DNA from: Octopus bimaculoides
Taxonomy: Eukaryota
Direction: 5' to 3'
Length of the DNA stretch: 64,000 nt
Assembly: GCF_001194135.2 (NCBI RefSeq)
Contig: NC_068981.1
Span: 96,431,160-96,495,159 of the forward strand
The notes beneath the pieces are model-generated. The model was not told the origin of the DNA, ran no database searches, and was given only the letters and a program-made list of their open reading frames with translations. The translations under genes and the position numbers were made by a program. Shown one piece after another: positions 51,401 through 62,189 of the stretch (position 1 is its first letter; every line of letters starts with the position of its first letter).

Positions 51401-53092
51401 TGAAATTCTCTACAAATATACCTCGGACTATGTAGATTCCGAGGACATAGGAATTTTGGGGGAAAACAATTGGGGGTTATTTTTGAGAACTGTTCCCCAC
51501 TTGCGGGTGTTTCGGAACAAGTCCATATGTTTCATTTTCTCCGTTTTGTGCGTTTATAGATTTCTACACCTACACGCACACACATATGTAACTAAAAAAG
51601 TTCAAACGGGGAATTATACTATTCAATATCATGTTTATTATAGAGATTATATAACAAATTATACTTTACATTTTTTATATTTAACTGTACATGTATATTC
51701 CTTATTTTTGCTTCTGGTGACTTCTGCCTTTCTATTAGAAACGGTTGCCTTGAAGTGAAAAAAAAATCGTATGCAACAGATAAGTCGTCTTAACATATTT
51801 CTGTATACCAGACCTTTAGCTGTTATTTTTAGCATAACGAGTTTTCTGGTGAGGGCTTCATTTGCCTTCACTGCCCTAACTCAAATAACATTGTTTTGCC
51901 ATAAGATCACACAGACATTTTGAATGATTATAACAAAAGTGACTAGAATATTCAATCAAAACACTAAATATGTTTTAAGTTTAGCAAACATTTTTAATTT
52001 ATTAGCTCGATGTTGAATCTCACAATATTCTTAATATATCATTATATTTAAGTAAATTTGAAATTATTTTCAAAATTCATCTCGATAGTTATTGCTCTTT
52101 AATATCGTCCTAACAAATACTAAATTTACTAACGGATCTAATACTTTGCTTGACACAAGAACTATAGATAATTCCAGGTGGTATATATATTTTAATCCAC
52201 GAGAAATAATTTAGATGAGAAGCGAAAATTACAGTTGAAAATTGAAAGAGTGAAGAGAGTATGAAAGAAAGGAATCAAATTTAAAGGTCAGGAAAACAGG
52301 TCTAAGATGCGAGTGCGGTGCTTCAGCATAAGTCAGATTTATGCGTGCATGTATGTTTAGCCTATGTCAGTCCTGAATGAACCAACTTATGGTTCAAGGT
52401 ATTCTGGCCGTAACAATCCAGAATTACGTGCTACATTATCGCATGATTTAAAACAACAGAAGTTTAGTTTTCTAAAAATATTTTTACACGAGTGAACTGA
52501 GGTAAAACAATGAGAGCCACGCTTGTTTATTACATCCATATAGGAAATATATATGCTCTTGATAACTTCATCATTTCATTCCAACTGCATACAGCTGTAG
52601 AAAATGTTTTTCTCGTGTTTTTTGCTACCTCTAAATTACACAACTCCGTCTGAGAACTATCCATCGACATGAAACGTAATGTAAAGGAATGCTATTCAAA
52701 CTGGGATTATGTAACAAATACATGAAATATTTACTCTGTGTAATGTACTGGGGATTTTCTGCTTAGTTCGTAAAAACAACTGTTTACCTAATAATGCTTG
52801 CACATAAAGAGAAAGAGTACCAAGAGTGTATTTAAATTAAAAACAAAGTACGAGTATACGAATAGGATGTGAAAGTACAAGCATACGAGTAAGATGTGAA
52901 AATAGAAATCTGAAGAGAGATTCCAAAGCGAGAAGTAATGATTCTTTTTTTTTTTTTAATCACTAAATTGAATCTCTTACCTTCGTCTGAGAGATTAGCT
53001 TCAATATCTCGGTCGTCGTCATAGTCCGAACTGACACAGTCATCATAATCGAGGTCATTGTTGTACCGGGGAGACATGTACGATGCCGCCAT
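30316..53092 (-). CDS. SUDS3: Sin3 histone deacetylase corepressor complex component SDS3; complete 9-exon gene, 311 aa
   Basis: Exons of 112+67+148+60+97+96+175+85+96 = 936 nt join in frame with matching phases. Product contains [60 protein letters not shown] and IWV..KLRIYL.QLQKG, all hallmarks of SDS3. Confidence 0.96.
30948..31148. mobile_element. piggyBac-like MITE with TTAA at both ends
   Basis: TTAA-CCCTTT...AAAAGG-TTAA; related to 5643-5845. Confidence 0.6.
31470..33500. mobile_element. Cluster of cephalopod-type SINE pieces (tRNA-like heads, RTE-like tails) in both orientations, SUDS3 intron 8
   Basis: Recurrent GGTTGGYATTAGGAAGGGCATC and GCATGGAA...TGATGATG tails; tRNA-like head GGTTCAGTCCCA at 31691-31770 (-) and 32821-32901 (+). 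Confidence 0.8.
33769..33853 (-). CDS. SUDS3: SUDS3 exon 8
   Basis: tttttag|GTTCCAT...CAAGAG|gtaagt; (W)[28 protein letters not shown]. Confidence 0.94.
34620..34763. mobile_element. Short hAT-like MITE (related copy at about 17578-17725)
   Basis: CATGGGCAA ... TTGCCCATG terminal inversion; shared internal GAGACATGGCTCA..ATCAGGC. Confidence 0.55.
36598..36772 (-). CDS. SUDS3: SUDS3 exon 7
   Basis: taatcac|CTCAACTAAAT...AGATG|gtatgt; (A)[20 protein letters not shown]...[14 protein letters not shown](W). Confidence 0.94.
36773..36907 (-). other. U12-type (minor spliceosome) AT-AC intron, SUDS3 intron 6, 135 nt
   Basis: 5' end ATATCCTTT, branch site TTCCTTAAT at 36790-36782, 3' end CAC; removing it restores ...KPSP-A-QLNYIL... 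Confidence 0.93.
36908..37003 (-). CDS. SUDS3: SUDS3 exon 6 (followed by the U12 donor)
   Basis: cctttag|ACTCAATG...TCTCCTG|atatcctt; [32 protein letters not shown]. Confidence 0.95.
37160..37840 (+). mobile_element. RTE-like LINE RT/3' remnant in SUDS3 intron 5 (antisense)
   Basis: FAEGIAL (FADD motif), ITYLG and typical 3' end. Confidence 0.6.
38879..39093. mobile_element. mariner-type MITE
   Basis: TIRs TACTGAAAAAGTTCCTGGCTTT / AAAGCTAGGAACCTTTCAGTAC. Confidence 0.65.
39287..39383 (-). CDS. SUDS3: SUDS3 exon 5
   Basis: ttttaag|GAAAAG...ACAGGAG|gtaagt; [32 protein letters not shown]. Confidence 0.95.
40334..40393 (-). CDS. SUDS3: SUDS3 exon 4
   Basis: ttgtag|CAAGAA...TTTGAG|gtgggt; [20 protein letters not shown]. 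Confidence 0.93.
41625..41772 (-). CDS. SUDS3: SUDS3 exon 3
   Basis: tttcag|GATG...TACGAG|gtaata; [19 protein letters not shown]...EIWRGYE. Confidence 0.95.
42986..43052 (-). CDS. SUDS3: SUDS3 exon 2
   Basis: tttatag|AC...GAACA|gtaagt; (D)[21 protein letters not shown](Q). Confidence 0.95.
43560..43880 (-). mobile_element. Possible Tc1/mariner (DD41D-like) C-terminal fragment
   Basis: [16 protein letters not shown] and GYYTKIFT loosely match WFQQDG...WPPRSPDL...WGYLKSKVY; heavily decayed. Confidence 0.4.
44360..46649 (-). mobile_element. Internally deleted Helitron with both termini, in SUDS3 intron 1
   Basis: 5' A|TCTCTTAATATATAAAAG at 46649; Rep pieces ([27 protein letters not shown]); PIF1 helicase pieces ([16 protein letters not shown]...[33 protein letters not shown]); 3' TTTGGG-CC-CCCAAA hairpin then CTAG at 44363-44360. 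Confidence 0.88.
48600..49240 (+). mobile_element. RTE-like LINE RT remnant
   Basis: [23 protein letters not shown] and FCYQGD.I. Confidence 0.75.
49835..50063 (+). mobile_element. SINE/RTE-tail repeat, relatively young (CpG retained)
   Basis: ...AAATCGTCCAACCCATGCTAGCATGGAAAGCGGACGTTAAACGACGACGATGATGAT; same family as 10538-10684 and 39840-39940. Confidence 0.8.
50846..51190 (+). mobile_element. tRNA-derived SINE, near full length
   Basis: Head with A/B-box-like TGACTGTGTGTTAGG ... GGTTTGAGTCC followed by the body shared with 31470-31775 (-). Confidence 0.7.
52981..53092 (-). CDS. SUDS3: SUDS3 exon 1 ([10 protein letters not shown]...NLSDE)
   Basis: ATG at 53092 (in-frame upstream ATG at 53107); donor GAAG|gtaaga; CpG-rich, acidic N-terminus ending SDE-D as in SDS3. 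Confidence 0.88.
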
Positions 53093-53650
53093 CCTCCTTC
53101 TCAACATTCAAAATAAATGGTTTTTGAATAGTTAAAAATCTCAACTTCAGAAAAATAAGAAAAAATTATTCTTCTTACTCTCAGCTACTAAAGCTGGTTA
53201 CAAATAAATTTCCTAATATTTTGATTCCCGACTGAAAGCCCCAACGTTCTGTAATAAACAACAGAACGACATTGCTGCTGCAACTCGAACATGCGCAGTT
53301 AGTATTTCCTTTGTAATATACATGGTCCACCTCCCCTACCACGATGTTAGCTGAACTCAAACATAACTATCATTTCTTTCATATTCCCCGCAATTTCGTA
53401 ACTTTAAGGGGAATATTAATTGCTTAAAAAATAATGATAATAGAATATATTTCGAGTGTAATGCTGAAATGGTTACATTTATTTAATGAAAAGAAAACAA
53501 TGTTGAAATTTTCGTTATTGATTGGTCAATAATGCTGGCTGTTGCATAGCAACAAATTTAAAATTGTTATCCATGATATAAATACTATCGCGCGCGGATG
53601 TCATCCAAACAAGTAAAAATAGACTACTACTAGTGTGTGCGATCAATATA
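53093..53650 (-). promoter_or_regulatory. SUDS3 5'UTR/promoter region, locally CpG-enriched
   Basis: Directly upstream of exon 1; NRF1-like CATGCGCA at 53290-53297 and CGCGCGCG at 53589-53596; CpG visibly denser than elsewhere in the window. Confidence 0.55.
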
Positions 53651-54174
53651 TATAATACGCTACGTGTCTTTGTATAAATATACTTTTTGTGTGTGTGAGT
53701 AACACTTTAGCATTTGAAGCAACTGAATTTGTTCCAATTTATAAGATTTACTTTCTAAATCATTCGACACGAGCAGGGGTCGTTTTGTTTATCTTATGCT
53801 TAATGGGATCCCATTGATGAAACTGTGAAGTTTTCTAAGTTATCCAAACGCGTTTCTGCTTCCTTTCGGCTCCAGCATCTCTACTTAATTGTTCTGTTTA
53901 TCTTTGTGATACATATATAATCCAAAACCAGGAGGAAAAAGTGAAAACGAGGAACAAGGAAAAGAAAGAAAAGGAAAAGGAAAAAACATCAATTCAACAC
54001 CAAGTACGGAAAGACTTCCGCCCGTCCCCCATTTTCTCCCAAATTTTTTTTTTTTTTTTTGCCAGAAATCCCCGTTTTTGGATACGGAGGTTCCGGAAAA
54101 TTGCCAAAAATCGGCATTGTTAAATTCCGCCCCCTTTCCCCCAAATTCTTCAATTTTGACTTTTTTTCCCAACA

Positions 54175-54211
54175 CTAACCCTAAAATCCTAACCCTAACT
54201 CTAACCGTAAC
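54175..54211 (+). repeat. Short degenerate telomere-like (CCCTAA)n tract
   Basis: CTAACCCTAAAATCCTAACCCTAACTCTAACCGTAAC. Confidence 0.7.
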
Positions 54212-54277
54212 TACAGATATGTTTTGAAATGTTTGTCCGAATCATAATCTCCGTATTTTTCTGCATCTTTTGAAGAA

Positions 54278-54654
54278 NNNNNNNNNNNNNNNNNNNNNNN
54301 NNNNNNNNNNNNNNNNNNNNNNNNNNNNNNNNNNNNNNNNNNNNNNNNNNNNNNNNNNNNNNNNNNNNNNNNNNNNNNNNNNNNNNNNNNNNNNNNNNNN
54401 NNNNNNNNNNNNNNNNNNNNNNNNNNNNNNNNNNNNNNNNNNNNNNNNNNNNNNNNNNNNNNNNNNNNNNNNNNNNNNNNNNNNNNNNNNNNNNNNNNNN
54501 NNNNNNNNNNNNNNNNNNNNNNNNNNNNNNNNNNNNNNNNNNNNNNNNNNNNNNNNNNNNNNNNNNNNNNNNNNNNNNNNNNNNNNNNNNNNNNNNNNNN
54601 NNNNNNNNNNNNNNNNNNNNNNNNNNNNNNNNNNNNNNNNNNNNNNNNNNNNNN
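54278..54654. other. Assembly gap (N run)
   Basis: N bases. Confidence 1.
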
Positions 54655-55274
54655 AAAAAAAACCCGTCTCAAACGCCACAGGCTAGAAGAAATAGTTCAC
54701 TGACAGGTCCCAATACTTAAGGATTTTGTTCTGTTCAACTACAAAAGCATTGACTCATTTTCCACAGCATCCAGAATGTGGGAGAGAGGAATGGAGTCAG
54801 ACTGTGGTGTCCCAGATGAAGCACCTACCTCTTACTCAGGGACAAAGGGTAAGACCATCTGGTCTCTTCCCATCACTTCTGGATAATCCCACCAACTCCA
54901 GAACTGAGGGGTTATCAACCTGAGCCAGGCCCCACTTAATGATTACGGTTAGCTTGGTGTGAGGAGCAAAACAGCCAGCATTTAGGAGGTTAAAAGTTCA
55001 TGCTGCTTTCTTAAAGTTAAACTAATCTTATCTTTCATATAATAAAATGCAGTCATGCTGGCAGAGGAAAGCTAAACAGAGTGAGAGTGACAGTCAGAGA
55101 TGCTCCATGCAGGCAAACTGTAGTGAGAAGTTTTACTCAGAAGTTGCTGTGCAAATTTTTATCATAAATATTTACTTTAACAATTTCCCATGCAGGAATA
55201 TATAAATATAAATGAAATTACGTATTATACATTTTTGTTTTTAAAATATTGTTAATGTAACATATATATATTAT

Positions 55275-55490
55275 TAAGTTTAGTAAGACTCTAGCTGTAG
55301 AACGAAAGAAAACAGAGCAGGATTTAGTTAGAAAACTAGACAAAGCTCTTAGGACAGGCATTGCAACTGATGTGTTGGCAGCCAGGTTGGCCCTCGACCA
55401 ACACTTTGACACCAAACACGAAGGCTGCATTGTCAGAGCTAAGGCACGTTCGGTCAGCAGAGAGGGGACTAAGGCCGCTCAATAGGCCTA
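55275..55490 (+). mobile_element. L1/Tx1-like LINE ORF2 fragment
   Basis: VERKKTEQDLVRKLDKAL...LALDQHFDTKHEGCIVRAKAR...EGTK resembles the EN-RT linker (EG..RSR...GEK). Confidence 0.45.
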
Positions 55491-55493
55491 GTC

Positions 55494-55523
55494 ATAAAAG
55501 TCAGTGCTAGCACTGACTTTTAT
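55494..55523. repeat. Perfect 30-bp palindrome
   Basis: ATAAAAGTCAGTGCTAGCACTGACTTTTAT equals its own reverse complement. Confidence 0.97.
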
Positions 55524-55934
55524 ACATTTATACTTTCACACTTTATAGTATTGTATTAATTTTTATTGTCCTATTTATAATTTTTGATTTTTAAATTAAT
55601 ATTTTTATGATGAATGTTTCTTTATATATATTATTAAAATTTTAGATTAAAATCTTAGATAAATATTGATATGGTATATGCCTCACAGCATGGTTTTGGA
55701 CGGGTTCTTGGTTGACTGAGTTGTAGAGTGATGGTTCATCTCTAAATTAGTTATATATATATATATTATATATTACGAAACCCAGTGTAATATTATACCG
55801 ATTTTTGCCTGTAAGGTTGAAATAAGTTTTTATTCCCTAATATTATTACTATATATATATATATATATATATTGTTGTACTTGGGGATGGTCATATTGCC
55901 AGTTTAGCCAATAATATAATAAATATATAAACGG

Positions 55935-55947
55935 NNNNNNNNNNNNN
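55935..55947. other. Assembly gap (N run) in (TA)n context
   Basis: N bases. Confidence 1.
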
Positions 55948-55988
<41 letters not shown>

Positions 55989-55989
55989 T

Positions 55990-57098
55990 TATATATACAA
56001 GATGTGCCTGGCATGACCCATTGGGCTACAACCACTTCAAGTTGAAAATGTTGATGCTCAGCAGGAAAGGAAAAAATACTATTTCGAACTTCATCCTTTA
56101 AAATTCTTAAATAACACAGTTCTCCTGCCTTTGGTGTGACAACATAAACACAACCAAGTGTTTCTTCTTTGAAAACATTCAGATGGCCTTCAATATTTTT
56201 TCCTTACTTTCTTCTTTGCCATTCTTTGTTACTACTGTTCCAAGTGAAATACATGGGAACTTCAGCATAAAGTAATGTTTTTGCAAAGTCGTTATTGATG
56301 CACTATGAAAAAAATTCTGTTAATATTATTCTCATATGTCGTTCATTGACAGCCATATATATCCTCATTATTTCTGAACAATATTCTTTATTCATCTTGT
56401 AGATGAACTAGTAGTCTCACTATTGCAGGTGCTCTTTCATGAATTGAAAATTCTAAAATGGATGCAAATGCTTCGGATGGTCCAATATACCTACCCATTC
56501 AATAATGACTAATTTTATTATCATTGTTTATTTGAACAGCAGCTTAGTCATTTCCTTTCGGCATGTACTCGATGACCTACCTAATTTACCTCACTGAGGC
56601 AATGATTTCAATGTTGCAGTGGCATTTGAATGTTCTTAAAAGAGTTTCATTATAAGGCACAACCCATTTGTTGTTTGTTTTTCCATTCTTATGAAATCGA
56701 ACTCCTCCTATTGCAACTGATCTGCATCTATAAAGAGATAATCTCTCTGTTTGTTTTCCTGCCTTTTGATTAAAATGATAAAGATTAATATCTATTTTAA
56801 GAAGAAAAAATCAAGTACCCACAATTCAAAAAAACATCTCATAAAAATATAGGGAGAATTTCTCTTTCAGTCCATGGCACACAAAAGTTGTATAAATGAT
56901 TAAGGGAAGAAAAAAGAAAGTAAGAAAAAACGGATTGATGCCAGTAGTTCCAATGACTCTTTGAAGTATCGACATTTTCAACTTGATTTTTTTTTTCTTG
57001 GAGAGGGAAATGACTATTTTATTTGTAATCTTTATCATCTTGATCAAGTGACAGGAAAACAGACAAACTCTGAGTTTTAGTATAATATAGACAGAGAT
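55990..57098 (-). mobile_element. Second Helitron remnant (Rep region) with inverted 5'-end-like sequences
   Basis: NKWVVPYN..LL..FKCHCNIE, GRYIGPSEA...FSIHER.PAIVRL.VHL and LGCVYVVTPKAGELCYLRIL on the minus strand. Confidence 0.8.
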
Positions 57099-57379
57099 AT
57101 ATATATACAAACTAAAATGAAAGAATATATACCTTAATTTTAGTCTGTTTTTCTATTCTTACTTTTCCTGAACTAACTCTTATTTACTTTTCCAACTTAA
57201 GGGTAACACATTTGCATATACACATACGCACACACATATATGTATGCACATACATTGATGTATATATAAATATGTGTGTGTATGTATGAGTGTGGCTAAG
57301 TTTCTATGTGTTGAAATTCATTGCTTCATGTACCTACTAAAAGCTATACAAGATCGTTTTAGATAACTTTTCATCGTTC

Positions 57380-58800
57380 ACTGTTTCTTAAACTTTAACC
57401 CTGTGCAAATGTTCATTCATGATGGAATCATAAAACTACAAATTGCTAAAACAATTTCCATTGCCAGCACTGTACAACTTTTTAATTTTCTTTTGTTTCA
57501 AATTCACAGCAAAGAAGAAACTCAAAGCTGCAGCATCTTCACTTGCTGCATCAGGTGGACTATTCTCACATTTCCAAATCAGCAATTGTATCAGAGCCCT
57601 AAACACCTTTAAGTTTTCAGAGCAAGTCTATTTTGTGTCAGAGAACTTCTTCAATTTTCAAATATGGAACTTGGCATGGCTGGAGAAGCTAAGTTTGTAT
57701 GATAAGAGCATAGCATTTATTTGACATTGAAATGAAATTACCATTTTAAAGAATAAGGCAATGTATAGCTTGATTTTTCACTTTCTCCAAGCACAAGTTG
57801 TACATAGTTGTGTACATAAGATACTTTTTCATTGTAGAGAAGAATCTTTGACTGAAGCTTTTGGTATGATGCATTCATGTTAGCAGCTCCATCACAATAC
57901 TAATCCCTCATGTTTTCTATCTGTAAATTATTTCATTCTTAAAAAGACAGGTCAATGCCCCAGCTCTTCACTAGCTATAGACTCTATGTCAAATGCTTCA
58001 ATGAAATAGTCTTTTCTTTCATTATTGTGTATGCACATAGAAGCCTGCCCAGTGTAGGAAACATCTGTGATTTCGTCCATGAGAAATAAATATTATGATT
58101 ACTGCCATGATTTCATTTAACATTGATTTTCTTAAACAAGTAGGCAAAGCTTTGATTATGTTACACTGAATACAGTTTGAGAGCATTGACACCTGTAGTT
58201 TCTTCTTAAATGAAGCACACCATAACATCCAGATGGTTGTAGATGACAATTTCGTAATTACAAATAGCTGAACCAGCACAAAGGAGTTTCATCTTTTTAA
58301 ACTTCTTTACATTCCATCTTCACCTCTTAATGGTAGTTCTTGTGAAACTGAATTTAAAATTATGTCTACTAGTCTGGATAATTAACATTTCTTTATTTCT
58401 ATATTTTTATTCTGTGTTTGTGGTTGGTTTTCTTCATCTTCTATTTCAAAAGCTATTTCCAGTGTCTTCTAAAAATTTTCCATGTGGCTCTACTGATCAT
58501 GTGTATGTGCTTCAGATGATGCATGCTTCTCCTGTTTTGACAAGTGTCAAATCTGATACCATTTATCTATTGCAACTGATTTCCATGCTATGTTGATTAT
58601 TACCTTTACCCCACAATTAGTAGACAACTGAAGCAGTACATATAGTTAGTACTCAAGATAAGATATGTTCTTGAACCAGTGCTTCTGAAAAGAATGGCTC
58701 CTTGTATTTTGGAGATAGCTTACTTTTAGCTGATTTGGCCCTACTGAGCAGTATCGTGCTTGGAACTTACCATTCACTTTAATATTAAACTCTAGAAAAA
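57380..58800 (-). mobile_element. hAT (ZMYM1/TTF-zinc-finger type) transposase remnant
   Basis: GPNQ...RSHSFQKHWFKNISYLEY...YCF.C (TTF ZnF), QELPLRGED (DUF4371-like) and MLNEIM. Confidence 0.65.
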
Positions 58801-61027
58801 GCAGCCAAACCTTCCTCAAATAATACCCTACTATCATAAAAGAAGAAAGACATATTAGATGATACTAATTATAGAAATACAACATCTAAAAATTAAACGG
58901 GATTGTTATGGTTGGAACCCCTTTGACATTAGGTTTTTTGGATTGGAATTAATATGAGTTTGAACAATAATGATAATTATGAATTGCTGATAAAATAATG
59001 TCAAACTTTCAGGTTTCTTTTTCGTATAACCAAACACAAACAATTCATATTCCATTAAAATATGTATTTTGATTTTGACTAAAAGTGTACTTTTGTTACA
59101 ATGAAGGAAAAGAGCAGGAGCTTAATCTCCCCACCAAAGCTTAGCCCTCATTTCACCCTCTGTGATCATGTCAAGAACTACTGATCCTTCAACCTATGAG
59201 TCAATTCCTTATTCGGTCAACTATAATTTTTAGTTGTAGTATTACTCAGACATAGCATGGGCATCAGAAATATTTCATCAACAAATAGTTGTTTTACAAA
59301 GTTTAGAAACATTCTCCCCTAAAATTACTACTGCCCCTCAAGCTAATTTGATGCCCTTACCTCTTGCTTATTAACAATGTCTCACTGCTAGATTCTAAAG
59401 TAAATACTCCCATGTCTAGGCCCTCATCTTTCATAAATTCACTCCTTGATTACGTTTTACTACAATCTATAACCTGAAAATATTTCACTGGCCTTGTGTA
59501 ATTATTCCTACTCCGGTTTATGACATTAAAAAGTTATTAACTTTACTTATTGATTAATCCATTCAGTGAAACTTCTCACAGGCAAGTTATAAAATCTTCT
59601 GAGGGGACAACAGCAGCAATATAGTTGGAGTAGGCATATTCCAACTAGCCGGTGTAATAAAATAATTAAGCTTATACTATTTTTTGGATAATATAGCAGT
59701 AACATTCTATCTTTGCATTTGCTCCACACTCTGGCCTGGCAAATAAACAAAAGACCAATTCTATTTAGCCTCCATGCTGACTACCCTGTTAACAACTGAC
59801 AATGGCTTTGTAGTGAGTCAGGAAAACTATTTGTGTTGCCACAGCATAGCACAGTTGTGTTATGGCATACTCCTGCCATACCTTCCCAAGTAGAGAAGTG
59901 GGAATTATTTTGCAGTTGGCGAAAAGACAGCATAGTAGCAACATTTCTTCTTTCAACATGAAACAGTTTTTGTGTGTTCACCACCAACTTCATGCAACTC
60001 ACTTGGAGTTACACTGGCTCTCGACTTGTCACCTCCTGAACAACTTAGTTCATTTATGTTAATGTGGCTCCTTGAAAGTCTGGATGACATCAGCCACAAC
60101 TCTGCCTCATAATGAACTGTATATTTTTGTTTAAGCTAGCTTCATTCCTATTAGCTTACAACAGCTTCCAACAGAATCATTTTGTTCAAAAGTAAGTTAT
60201 AATGCATTACCTGACTCACATACACATATGGAAAACACCCCTTTGTACTTGTTAGCTCTCCTTCCTATTTTAATAAAATTACAATGTTTTGTTTAAAAAC
60301 TACTTTCTGATACTCATTTACACATGCTTCTCAAAAGCACATTTAATCGACTGTTTTCATGAACACTTTCATACTTTAAATTAGTGACCACTCTCACTAA
60401 AACTTCATCATCGTGGCTGGTGACATCAGCTGATATGTTGATAGCACTTTGATAGATTTCATGATGTGCATGGAGTTAATGACTTTGGTTCAAGAAATGA
60501 GGAGGGGTAAAGGTTCCTGGAAATCTGTGAATTTAATGACTTAACATTAACACTAACTTCAAGAAACCAACCAGCCATATGATCTCTTAACAGTCATGTG
60601 AACACTCATGCCAGACAGACTTCATTCTCTCTCGAAAACTGGATAGACAAATAGTTGTGTGTGCTATCATTTTCCAGTGAAAAATGCACCATAAACTAGT
60701 GATTAAAGATTTCAGGGTAAAATCTTGATGCAGTCAGAGACACAAGACAATTTGGAGAAATAAGATATGGAAGCTTAAATAGCTATCAAACAGTCAGAAA
60801 TTCACAGAGATATTATTTGAAGCATTTGACAAAAGGCAGGAGATGGAGACTTATAACACAGAGGACATCTAAACATTCTTACAGGACAAACTATTGCAAG
60901 CCACAAACTAGATCTGTGGCAGAGACAAGGTTCTTGCCAGATAAAAGGTAATATGGTGCAAGAACAGCATTGTAGATAGAGCCATAAGAGATAGACATGG
61001 AAAGACTGGAAGAAAGAAAGCAGCAAT

Positions 61028-61560
61028 ATATATATATATAATTCTGTCTGTCTGTTCTCCATGCATTCTCAAACAGCTCAACCAAATCAAGTCAAATTTT
61101 ACAAGGTATTACACCTCATGAGTGCCAACATGTAATTTCTCTTTTCATTTCAATTAAAACAATATAACATTTTTGAGAGATAATCTTTCTATAGTCATCT
61201 ATACTACAAGACATTTTATACCTTCATGATGACAACATCACATTTTGTATATGAGTGTGTATGTATCTGTGAGTGTATGAATGTATATGTGCCTGTGAGT
61301 GTGTGTGTGTTTCTGCATTACATATGTTATTAAACACACACACATCTACACATACATATACATGTGATTTCTGATATGTGTCCTTTGTTTGTCTGTTCCC
61401 TATGCATTTTCAAACAGCTGGATGACTACGGCGACGTCACATTTTGTATATGAGTGTGTTTGTAAGTGTATGAGTGTGTATGTGGCTGTGAATGTGTGGG
61501 TGTTTCTGCGTTAGAGACATTATTAAACACACACACACACATACATAGACATATGTGACA
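61028..61560 (+). repeat. Helitron/HINE-like non-autonomous repeat pieces with internal tandem duplication
   Basis: TATATAATTCTGTCTGTCTGTT..ATGCATT.TCAAACAGC occurs twice (61049, 61388); 61231-61365 is repeated at 61433-61558. Confidence 0.5.
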
Positions 61561-61666
61561 ACTATGTAATTGAAAAGAAAAATGCATGGAAGAGCTGCTA
61601 CAAGAATCTGTTGAATGAAGAGAATAAATGAGAGTAAGAGGATTTCACTGGATAAACCAATTAGAG

Positions 61667-62005
61667 TAGGGGTTCTCAGCCATTTTTTATCTATGGACCC
61701 CATTGATTACTATTTTATTCTGGTGGACCCCCATAGTCATTCAATATTTAAAAACTAGTTTTATAGAAACTTCTTTCAAAATTCCTATTCTGTTTTTTAC
61801 ACATTAACTTATGTAGGTAGAGCTATGTAAAATGTTAGAGAAAGAAACCTAGCTGTTTCTTGCAATACATACACCTAAAGAAAAATTTTTTCAAGGGCCC
61901 TTAAAATTCTATTGTGGATCCCCAATTTACTATTTTGTTGCATGGACTCTCAAAAATCTTATATGGACCTTCTGGGGCCATATGGACCTCAGTTGAAAAC
62001 CACTG
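61667..62005. mobile_element. hAT (Buster-like) MITE
   Basis: Ends TAGGGGTTCTCAGC / GTTGAAAACCACTG; flanks AATTAGAG / CATTGGAG (6/8 match, TSD-like). Confidence 0.7.
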
Positions 62006-62189
62006 CATTGGAGGAACCAGCCATTCACCACATTGAAAACAGTAAATAGTTAAAAGGATATGAAGGCAAGGGAGGCACCTGGTCTATCAGGAATTACTGT
62101 TGACATGCTTAAAATGCCTGGCTGTATAGGGTTCAGGATAGTCACCTGAATAGTCAGGTAGTACATGAAGATGTTACACTTAATGAGTG

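Noticed and set aside
53146-53180. Intron in the SUDS3 5'UTR (gtaaga...ctgaag)
   Set aside because: About 35 nt, too short to be credible without transcript data.
54175-54211. True chromosome end
   Set aside because: Only about six degenerate units with ordinary sequence on both sides.
54211-54686. Long ORFs spanning X runs
   Set aside because: Artefacts of the N gap.
59150-60760. Several 60-75-aa ORFs in coding-like sequence
   Set aside because: No recognisable motif on either strand; likely an old unclassified TE. Needs TBLASTX/Dfam.
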